DNA of 64,000 bases. It comes from Deltaproteobacteria bacterium (GTDB lineage: Bacteria; CG2-30-53-67). The notes beneath the pieces were generated by a model. The model was not told the DNA's origin and searched no databases. It worked only from the letters and a program-made list of their open reading frames with translations. The first letter of the stretch is position 1. Every line of letters begins with the position of its first letter. This document shows positions 8,920 through 16,505 of this stretch, one piece after another. The DNA lies in the NCBI GenBank assembly GCA_013151235.1, contig JAADIO010000048.1, positions 23,559 to 87,558 on the forward strand, in the 5' to 3' direction. A program made the position numbers and the translations under genes.

Positions 8920-11303
8920 GTCGTGCCGGATTTTCCCATGAACCCGTGCTGCAAGGGGGGCTGCTTTTCCTGACGCTGCGTTTTGCCGTTTTTCTGCTGA
9001 TCGCACTTTCTGTTTCCCTGCCCTTCTTTGCGGAACGGCCTTTGGTTCAGTGGGGGGTCCTGAGCTATTTTGCCTTCTCCGAAATCCTGCTGCTCCTCCG
9101 GTCCAACCGGTGGACGCGGCGGAAGATCGCCATCGGGATCTATTTCCTCGACGTCTATGCCGTGACCTCCCTCATCCTGACGCAGGGACTTTCGGTCGTC
9201 TGGTATCTGACGATTCCCGTCTTCATGCTGGGGGTCAACCTCCTTTACAAGGGGAGACGCTCCTGGCTGTTGATCTCCCTGATTCCCGCGGTACTGATCC
9301 TTCTGCAACTCTTCCGGCAGGGCGGTCTTACCACCGGGGTGATCTGGGAGTATGGTGGTGTGGTTTTCCTCTTTTTCGTTTTTGAAGGGACCGTGCATGC
9401 CCTGGTCGGCCGTCTGGAATACCTGAATGCCCTCTGCCGGGGACAGCAGAAGGTTGTGCGGTGTATCATCGATGACGATTCCTCCGTCTCGCTGAAGGAG
9501 GGAATGCAAAAAATCCTCGAAAAGGAGGTCCCCTTCGGAGTGGATCTGCAGGTTTTCCTCTTTCGGGATCCCGCAGGGGACCTGCGCGGGCTGGAACGGC
9601 GTCGGGAGGGAGAGGTCAGCGAGGTTTGGATCCATCATGCCGGTTTGCCCTATTGGTTGGAGAAGGTGCCGGTCCGGGGGCGTTACCTGGAAAAGCTTCA
9701 ACGAGACGATCCCGGTGACGACTTCCGGAGTGCCCGGGATGTGCAAAGCCTCCTGATTCTTCCGATGCAGGTGGAAGCGAGGGAGGGGTTTCTCCTCTTC
9801 GGGCGGCGATCCCCCTCGGCCTTTTCAACGCTGGAACGGGAGAACCTGCTCCTCTATGGCGAAATGATCCGCCGGCGGCTGGTCCGGTCCGATGTGCAGA
9901 ACATTCCGTCTTGTATGGATGGAGAGGGGCGTGAACCCCGATTTTCCGCCGCTTCTCCTCCGGGTGAAAAAGACGAAAGGGAAGAAGAACTACGGGAACG
10001 GCTTGCACGTCTGAAACAGGAGAACGCCCGGCTGCAATCAGTCATCGACAATGAACTTCATTCGGAGACGCTGGAACTCAAGAAGGCGGCACTGGCCGTT
10101 CTCTCCCGGGAATCGGAGCAGGATCGAAAGGTTCTGGAGAAACTTGCCTCGGCGGAACTGAGCCAGGCCGTCTCCCATCTCTTTGACATGCACCTTGTGC
10201 TTGACCTGATCCTTGAAGTGATCTGCAAAAAACTCAAGGTTGAGAATGCCTCCATCATGCTGTTACGTGAGGAGAGCCGCGATCTGATTATCTCCGCCCA
10301 TCGGGGTTTGAAAGACGAAGTCGTCCGGGAGACCCGGCTGATGGTGGGGGAGGCGATTGCCGGCTACGTCGCGCAGAAGGGCGAACCGCTCCTGATCGAA
10401 GATGTCCGGAAGGATCCCCGCTTCGTTCCCTTCAGCCGGGAACGATACCGTTCCGGCACGTTGCTCAGTGTCCCGATCCTCGGCAAGGAAAAGGTTCTCG
10501 GTGTGATTAACCTTTCCGATCCGGCCCAGGACGGTCCCTTCCGGGAGCAGGACCTCGAAATCCTTCAGGCGATGTCCCGCCAGGCGGCTATTGTGATCGA
10601 AAATGACCGGATGTACCAGGAGTTCAAGAACGGCCGGTGGATTCGTGAGATCTATGAGGAAGAACTGTCGCAGCGAGTCTCGAAAAAGGTTTTTCAGGAA
10701 GGACAGGTGCTTGAGAAGGTAGCGGGCGAATATCCGGTGACCATTCTTTCCGTTCATCTTCATGAAGCCGGGAGCTCCGCGGCCGTGGACAGTCTGGAAA
10801 GAATCCGCCTGATCGAACAGTGTTTTCAGGATTGTCGTCGAATTCTTGTCCGGCGCCGGGGGGATGTCGCCGGAGAGACGGGCGCCGGGATGATCGGACT
10901 TTTCGGTCTGCCTTTTCCGGACGCGAAGGATGCCTGGCAGTCGGTTCTTGCCGCGGTGGATCTGCTGAAATATTTTGCCGGGAAAAGTTCGAAAACCGGG
11001 ACAGTGAGAGAAGAAGGTTTTGGGGTTTCCATCGGAATCTCCACGGGAAGGGTCCTTCTCCGGGAAAAGCAGGGAACGGTCCCCTATGCCGTTTTCGGAG
11101 AAACCTGGGAACGGGCCGTGACCCTGATGCATGCCGCCTCTCCGGGACAGATCCTGGTCGATGAGCCGACCCATGACCGGATTGAGGACGCCGTCAATGC
11201 CCTCCGCCTGGTTCTCCCCTACGGGATCAATAAACAGTTGACGGCCTTCGGGATCAAGGGGTTGAAAAAGGTGGTTGTTGCGGCGGAATCGGTTGAGATG
11301 TAG
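8916..11303 (+). CDS. Multi-pass membrane protein with GAF domain and degenerate class III cyclase-homology domain
   Basis: About 5-6 N-terminal TM helices, a coiled coil, a GAF-like block (IMLLREESRDLII...GVINLSD) and a C-terminal cyclase-like block (GMIGLFGLP...GISTGRVLL...AVFGETWERA). ATGA overlap with the uvrC stop. Confidence 0.7.
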   Translation: MSRAGFSHEPVLQGGLLFLTLRFAVFLLIALSVSLPFFAERPLVQWGVLSYFAFSEILLLLRSNRWTRRKIAIGIYFLDVYAVTSLILTQGLSVVWYLTIPVFMLGVNLLYKGRRSWLLISLIPAVLILLQLFRQGGLTTGVIWEYGGVVFLFFVFEGTVHALVGRLEYLNALCRGQQKVVRCIIDDDSSVSLKEGMQKILEKEVPFGVDLQVFLFRDPAGDLRGLERRREGEVSEVWIHHAGLPYWLEKVPVRGRYLEKLQRDDPGDDFRSARDVQSLLILPMQVEAREGFLLFGRRSPSAFSTLERENLLLYGEMIRRRLVRSDVQNIPSCMDGEGREPRFSAASPPGEKDEREEELRERLARLKQENARLQSVIDNELHSETLELKKAALAVLSRESEQDRKVLEKLASAELSQAVSHLFDMHLVLDLILEVICKKLKVENASIMLLREESRDLIISAHRGLKDEVVRETRLMVGEAIAGYVAQKGEPLLIEDVRKDPRFVPFSRERYRSGTLLSVPILGKEKVLGVINLSDPAQDGPFREQDLEILQAMSRQAAIVIENDRMYQEFKNGRWIREIYEEELSQRVSKKVFQEGQVLEKVAGEYPVTILSVHLHEAGSSAAVDSLERIRLIEQCFQDCRRILVRRRGDVAGETGAGMIGLFGLPFPDAKDAWQSVLAAVDLLKYFAGKSSKTGTVREEGFGVSIGISTGRVLLREKQGTVPYAVFGETWERAVTLMHAASPGQILVDEPTHDRIEDAVNALRLVLPYGINKQLTAFGIKGLKKVVVAAESVEM

Positions 11304-11326
11304 GAACAGTACCGGAGGCGGGAAGG

Positions 11327-11689
11327 ATGTCATTATTCCCCGGTGGACGGAAAAAGAGACGATTTCCCCGGGTCAGTCCGGAGAAGGGCCGACCGATCCG
11401 GGTCGACATTAACGGAGTCGATTTTCTCGAGATCGTTTATGCCGACAATCTCAGTGAAGGGGGACTTTCCATTGTGGCTCCCCATGAGTTCAGGGGATGC
11501 AAAATCGACCAGCCCGTTTCGCTCATTATCTCCCTTCCGGAACCGGAAAAAGCAAACATCCTGGTTGCCGGGATCATTCGTTATATTTCCTACACCCGGA
11601 AGATCTTCGGCGTTGCCTTTGTGGACCTCAAAAAAGAAGACCGGAAGAAGATTCAGCGCTACGTTGAATATCGAATGAAGGGAGACTGA
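11327..11689 (+). CDS. PilZ-domain protein (c-di-GMP receptor family)
   Basis: 120 aa with RRFPR (RxxxR) followed by DNLSEGG (D/NxSxxG). Confidence 0.8.
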   Translation: MSLFPGGRKKRRFPRVSPEKGRPIRVDINGVDFLEIVYADNLSEGGLSIVAPHEFRGCKIDQPVSLIISLPEPEKANILVAGIIRYISYTRKIFGVAFVDLKKEDRKKIQRYVEYRMKGD

Positions 11690-11791
11690 CCTCTGTCCCG
11701 GAACCTTCATTCACTCTTATTTCCGGCGGTCTCAGGCGGGTGGTGGAACATTTATGACATTTTTTTGAGATTGTTTTTTGACAATACCCCT

Positions 11792-11820
11792 TGACAAGGA
11801 TATATCGTTGTTTTAATATC
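11792..11820 (+). promoter_or_regulatory. Sigma-70-like promoter for the nuo operon (TTGACA-N17-TAATAT)
   Basis: TTGACA at 11792-11797 and TAATAT at 11815-11820. A second TTGACA lies at 11779. About 95 nt upstream of nuoA. Confidence 0.5.
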
Positions 11821-11913
11821 CAATTTAACGTTCTTGGCGTGTTCTCGTTGGATCCCGGGGATATTCAAAGGCAGTACGTATAGAAACTGCGGTTCATATT
11901 ATCAGAGTCTGAG

Positions 11914-12285
11914 ATGCCTGAAACGATTATTCCTGCCGGCTATTTCCCCATTATCCTGTTCCTGATCCTTGCCTTGCTTTTCGGGGTAGTGACCCTCTTT
12001 TTCGGGTCATTGATTCGTCCGAACCGTCCTGGTATTGACAAACTCTCCCCCTATGAATGCGGCAACCCCCCCTTCATGGATTCCCGGTCCCGGATCTTCA
12101 TCCGTTATTACCTGGTGGCCGTACTGTTTGTTCTCTTCGATCTGGAAGCGGTCTTTCTCTATCCCTGGGCCGTGGTCTATCACAAGATCGGCATGTACGG
12201 CCTTGTGGAGATGGTCCTCTTTATTGTGATTCTCCTTGTCGGCTATGCCTATGCCTGGCGGAAAGGGGCATTGGAATGGGATTGA
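11914..12285 (+). CDS. nuoA: NADH-quinone oxidoreductase subunit A
   Basis: 123 aa, three TM helices, SPYECG motif. First gene of a colinear nuoA-N set. Confidence 0.92.
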   Translation: MPETIIPAGYFPIILFLILALLFGVVTLFFGSLIRPNRPGIDKLSPYECGNPPFMDSRSRIFIRYYLVAVLFVLFDLEAVFLYPWAVVYHKIGMYGLVEMVLFIVILLVGYAYAWRKGALEWD

Positions 12286-12758
12286 TTGAACATCGATTCA
12301 ACGACAACTTTCTCACGACGACGGTGGACCAGGTGATCAACTGGGCCCGGAAGTCCTCCCTCTGGCCGGTGACCTTCGGGCTTGCCTGCTGTGCGATTGA
12401 AATGATGACGACCGGTTCCGCCCATTACGATCTCGACAGGATGGGAGTGATTTTCCGTGCTTCGCCGCGACAGTCCGATCTGATGATCGTTGCGGGGACC
12501 CTGACCTGGAAGATGGCCCATGTGCTGCGCAAGATCTATGACCAGATGCCGGAGCCGAAATATGTGATCTCCATGGGAAGCTGTGCCGCATCGGGCGGGG
12601 TCTTCAACACCTACAGTGTGGTCCAGGGGGTTGACCAGGTTGTTCCCGTGGACGTTTATGTCCCGGGTTGTCCGCCCCGCCCTGAAGCACTGATGTACGG
12701 GATCGTCAAACTGCAGGAGAAAATAGAAAAGGCGCGGTATATCCGGAAGGAACTATGA
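12276..12758 (+). CDS. nuoB: NADH-quinone oxidoreductase subunit B
   Basis: Cluster N2 cysteines ([18 protein letters not shown]). Internal ATG at 12276 chosen, giving a 10-nt overlap with nuoA. Confidence 0.95.
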   Translation: MGLIEHRFNDNFLTTTVDQVINWARKSSLWPVTFGLACCAIEMMTTGSAHYDLDRMGVIFRASPRQSDLMIVAGTLTWKMAHVLRKIYDQMPEPKYVISMGSCAASGGVFNTYSVVQGVDQVVPVDVYVPGCPPRPEALMYGIVKLQEKIEKARYIRKEL

Positions 12759-13315
12759 GCGAAATCCATCTGAGTCAGGACGAAGAAGCGATCATCGCCG
12801 CCTTGAAGGACCGGGTGGAGAAGTTGGAACCTGCCGTGGAGAAGATCTGCGGTCAGCTTTCCCTGGGGATCGAAGGAAAAGATCTCACGGCGGTCTGCAG
12901 GGTACTGAAAGAGCATCCGGCCATGCAGTTCGATTACCTGGCCGATCTCTGCGGCGTTGATTATCTCGGAAAACATGCCCGCCGTTTTCAGGTGGTCTAT
13001 AATCTTTACTCTATTTCGCTGAATCACCGGGTCCGGATCAAGGTCGACCTGCAGGAAGGGGAGGCGATCGACTCGGTTACGAAGATCTGGAACACGGCGA
13101 ACTGGCACGAGCGGGAGCTCTTCGACTTGTTCGGGATCGAGGTTTTAGGCCATCCCGATCTGAAAAGGATCCTCATGCCGGAAGGTTGGGAGGGGCATCC
13201 ACTGCGGAAGGATTATCCCCTCCAGGGGAAGGGGCAGCGGGAGGATTTTTCCTTTATTCCGGAAAATGAACGGCCCCCGACGCGCAGGCCGAAGGTCCGG
13301 TCGGAGGAATGGTAG
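12755..13315 (+). CDS. nuoC: NADH-quinone oxidoreductase subunit C
   Basis: 30-kDa subunit motif [16 protein letters not shown] overlap with nuoB. Confidence 0.93.
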   Translation: MSEIHLSQDEEAIIAALKDRVEKLEPAVEKICGQLSLGIEGKDLTAVCRVLKEHPAMQFDYLADLCGVDYLGKHARRFQVVYNLYSISLNHRVRIKVDLQEGEAIDSVTKIWNTANWHERELFDLFGIEVLGHPDLKRILMPEGWEGHPLRKDYPLQGKGQREDFSFIPENERPPTRRPKVRSEEW

Positions 13316-13415
13316 AAAAATTAAAAACAAAAAAATAAAATTATAAATCCAGGACCGTATTCCAGGTCGGAATCAATATTTCACAACTGAAAATCCAAAA
13401 CGAAAAGCGGACGAT

Positions 13416-14585
13416 TTGATTACCCAGGAACTGAAAATCAATATGGGACCGCAGCATCCCAGTACCCACGGGGTCTTGCGCCTGGTGCTCAATATCGATG
13501 GTGAAAAGGTCCGGAAAGCCGAGCCGCGGGTGGGGTATCTTCACCGGGGGATCGAGAAGCTTTCCGAGTACGGCTCCTACCAGCAGGTGATCACCCATAT
13601 CGACCGCCTCGACTATATCTCGGCCATCACCAACGAGTTCGCCTATACCCGCACCGTGGAAAAACTTTTGGGGGTTCGTATCCCGGAACGGGCGGAATAT
13701 GTCCGGACCATTGTGGCAGAGATGCAGCGCATTTCGTCGCACCTTCTCTGGCTGGCCACCCATGCCCTCGACATCGGTGCCATGACGGTCTTCCTCTATA
13801 CCTTCCGGGAGCGGGAGACGATCCTCGACCTCTTTGAAGAATTGACCGGGGCGCGGCTGAACAACAACTATATGCGAATCGGCGGTGTGAGCCGGGATCT
13901 TTCTTCGTTCTTTATCGATACCCTGTACAAATTCTGCGACGAATTCCCCGCACATATCGAAGAGTACGATACCCTGATCCGGGAAAACCGGATCTGGCAC
14001 AACCGGACCCGCGGGGTAGGGGTGATCTCCGCGGAAGAGGCGGTCAGCTACGGTCTCTCTGGTCCGACCCTTCGCGGTTCCGGCGTCAACTGGGATATCC
14101 GCAAGGCCGAACCCTACGGTGTCTATGACAAGGTGGAGTGGGAGGTTCCCCTCGGGGAGAACGGCGATGTCTATGACCGCTACTGGATCCGGGTGGAGGA
14201 ACTCCATCAGAGTACGAAGATCATCCGTCAGTGTCTGGATCAGCTTCCCGAAGGGCCGATCCTGATCGACGACCCGAAGATCGTCTCCCCGACCAAAGAG
14301 AAGATGAACATGGAGATCGAATCCCTGATCCATCAATTCAAACTGATGACCGAAGGGTTCAGGGTCCCGGAAGGCGAGGTGTACTGCGCCACGGAAGTCC
14401 CGAAAGGGGAGCTGGGGTTCTATCTGGTCAGCGACGGGTCGTCCCGCCCCTATCGGCTGAAGATCCGGGCCCCCTCCTTCGTCCACCTGGGGGCCTTCGA
14501 CCGGATGGTCCGGGGGGGATTTGTGGCGGATGTGATTGCCGTGATCGGGACGATTGATATTGTCCTGGGAGAGTGCGACCGGTAG
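13416..14585 (+). CDS. nuoD: NADH-quinone oxidoreductase subunit D
   Basis: 49-kDa subunit, MGPQHPSTHGVLRL near the N-terminus. TTG start. Confidence 0.95.
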   Translation: MITQELKINMGPQHPSTHGVLRLVLNIDGEKVRKAEPRVGYLHRGIEKLSEYGSYQQVITHIDRLDYISAITNEFAYTRTVEKLLGVRIPERAEYVRTIVAEMQRISSHLLWLATHALDIGAMTVFLYTFRERETILDLFEELTGARLNNNYMRIGGVSRDLSSFFIDTLYKFCDEFPAHIEEYDTLIRENRIWHNRTRGVGVISAEEAVSYGLSGPTLRGSGVNWDIRKAEPYGVYDKVEWEVPLGENGDVYDRYWIRVEELHQSTKIIRQCLDQLPEGPILIDDPKIVSPTKEKMNMEIESLIHQFKLMTEGFRVPEGEVYCATEVPKGELGFYLVSDGSSRPYRLKIRAPSFVHLGAFDRMVRGGFVADVIAVIGTIDIVLGECDR

Positions 14586-14722
14586 ATGGGTAAAGGCACA
14601 GGGGCGCGCACAGGGGCAGAGGCACAAAGTTTAAAGTTAAAACCAAAGGCGAAAGGCATTCACCGCAAAGACGCAAAGGTCGCAGAGAAAATCTAATATC
14701 GAAATCAAGGGAACAACAGATC

Positions 14723-15208
14723 ATGCAAAGTACGGTCCCTGCAAAATTTTCCGAGGAGACACTGCTACGGATCAATGAGATCCTGGCGCGCTATGCGACG
14801 AAGCGGGCGGCGGCGCTGCCGGTCCTCTACCTGGCGCAGAAGGAGTTCGGCTGTATCAATGATGCGGCTCTGGATGCCGTCTCCCGTGTCCTTGAGATCT
14901 CCCGGGCCGATATCTACAGCCTGGCGACCTTCTATTCCATGTTTCATCAGGAACCGCTGGGGCGGAATGTGATTTTTCTCTGTGACAACCTGGCCTGTAC
15001 CCTCCTCGGTGCCGAATCGTTGCGGGATTACCTGGAACGGAAACTGGATGTCCGAATGGGGGAGACCACGGACGATGGTCGATTTACCCTGAAGAATGCA
15101 GAATGCCTCGGGGCCTGCGGACAGGCGCCGGTGATGCTGGTCAATGACGATTTTTACGAAGGCCTGACCGAGGCCCGGATTGATGAGGTTCTGGAAAAAT
15201 ACAAATAA
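14723..15208 (+). CDS. nuoE: NADH-quinone oxidoreductase subunit E
   Basis: 24-kDa 2Fe-2S subunit; cysteines in CDNLAC and CLGACGQAP. Confidence 0.93.
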   Translation: MQSTVPAKFSEETLLRINEILARYATKRAAALPVLYLAQKEFGCINDAALDAVSRVLEISRADIYSLATFYSMFHQEPLGRNVIFLCDNLACTLLGAESLRDYLERKLDVRMGETTDDGRFTLKNAECLGACGQAPVMLVNDDFYEGLTEARIDEVLEKYK

Positions 15209-15209
15209 A

Positions 15210-16490
15210 ATGGAAAAGATTTTATTAAATAGAGTTCATCTGAAGAACTCCCGATCCATCGAGGTTTACCTCGCCCACGAGGGGTATGAGGGGCTCAAAA
15301 AGGCCCTTGTCATGACTCCCAAGGAGGTCATCGAAGAGGTCAAGCGGGCGAACCTTCGCGGTCGGGGCGGGGCCGGGTTCCCGGCGGCCATGAAATGGGG
15401 GTTTGCCGCTGCAGATCCGAACCGGCCTAAATATCTTCTTTGCAACGCCGACGAGGGGGAACCGGGGACCTGCAAGGATCGGCAGATCATGGAGGGGGAT
15501 CCCCATGAACTGATTGAAGGGATGGCGATCGCCGGCTACGCCTTTGGTGCCGAGTTCGGCTATATCTATCTCCGCGCGGAATATCCCCGGTTGGTGGGGG
15601 TGCTGGAGACGGCCATCGCCGAGGCCGGGGCGAAGGGGTTCCTGGGAAGTAAAATTCTCGGCTCCGATTTTAATTTTACGATCCGTGTCCATCGCGGCGC
15701 CGGAGCCTATATTTGCGGAGAAGAGACGGCCCTCATTGAGTCGATCGAAGGCAAACGGGGCCAGTCCCGGGTCAAGCCGCCCTTTCCCGTCAATGTGGGG
15801 CTCTTCGGGAAACCGACGGTGGTCAACAATGTTGAGACCTTGTCCAACGTTTCCCATATCCTCCGCAAAGGGGGGAAATGGTTCGCCTCGATCGGTTCGG
15901 AGAAGTGTCCCGGCACACGGATCGTTTCTCTTTCCGGTCATGTCAACCGCCCTGGTTATTACGAACTCCCCATGGGGGTGACCTTCCGGGAGGTGATCTA
16001 TGAGCACGGCGGCGGCATCCGGGGCGGAAAGGAACTGAAGGCCTTCATCCCCGGCGGTGCTTCCGCCTCCTGCCTGACCCCGCAACACCTCGATGTGAAG
16101 ATGGACTACGATTCCGTGGCGGCGGCAGGGAGCATGCTCGGTTCCTCGGCCCTGATGGTGATGGATGAGACGACCTGCATGGTTAAGGTCGCGGAACGGC
16201 TGATGCGTTTCTTTGTGCATGAATCGTGCGGAAAATGTACCCCCTGCCGGGAGGGGACGGACTGGCTCCTGAAACTCCTTCAGCGGATCGAGGCGGGGGA
16301 GGGGAAGGAGAAAGACATCGACCTCCTCCGGGAGATCTGTGACAACATCTCAGGGAAAACCTTCTGTCCCTTAGGCGAAGGGGCCTTAGGCCCGGTGCGG
16401 GGAACGTTGAAATATTTTGAGGAAGAGTACCGGGAGCATCTTCGGTTGAAGGGATGTCCCGTAAAGCGGAAATCAAGAATTGGGAATTAG
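15210..16490 (+). CDS. nuoF: NADH-quinone oxidoreductase subunit F
   Basis: 51-kDa subunit; GRGGAGFP and ESCGKCTPCREG motifs. Start at the ATG at 15210, just after the nuoE stop. Confidence 0.95.
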   Translation: MEKILLNRVHLKNSRSIEVYLAHEGYEGLKKALVMTPKEVIEEVKRANLRGRGGAGFPAAMKWGFAAADPNRPKYLLCNADEGEPGTCKDRQIMEGDPHELIEGMAIAGYAFGAEFGYIYLRAEYPRLVGVLETAIAEAGAKGFLGSKILGSDFNFTIRVHRGAGAYICGEETALIESIEGKRGQSRVKPPFPVNVGLFGKPTVVNNVETLSNVSHILRKGGKWFASIGSEKCPGTRIVSLSGHVNRPGYYELPMGVTFREVIYEHGGGIRGGKELKAFIPGGASASCLTPQHLDVKMDYDSVAAAGSMLGSSALMVMDETTCMVKVAERLMRFFVHESCGKCTPCREGTDWLLKLLQRIEAGEGKEKDIDLLREICDNISGKTFCPLGEGALGPVRGTLKYFEEEYREHLRLKGCPVKRKSRIGN

Positions 16491-16505
16491 GAATCGGGAA
16501 GAGCT

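Noticed and set aside
10263-11333. 356-aa ORF antisense to the GAF/cyclase-like gene. The same applies to 8892-9746, 2005-3030 and 3073-3921, which are antisense to neighbouring genes.
   Set aside because: There is no domain signal, and they overlap well-supported genes on the other strand.
13341-14627. 428-aa ORF antisense to nuoD
   Set aside because: The opposite strand encodes an unmistakable NuoD. The antisense product is Arg/Pro/Gly/His/Asp-rich with no motifs. It is the typical shadow ORF of GC3-rich coding sequence.
14596-14629. Possible CRISPR-like tandem repeat (GCACAGGGG x2-3)
   Set aside because: Only two and a half 12-nt units with no spacers of CRISPR size. I saw no cas genes or regular repeat-spacer array anywhere in the window.
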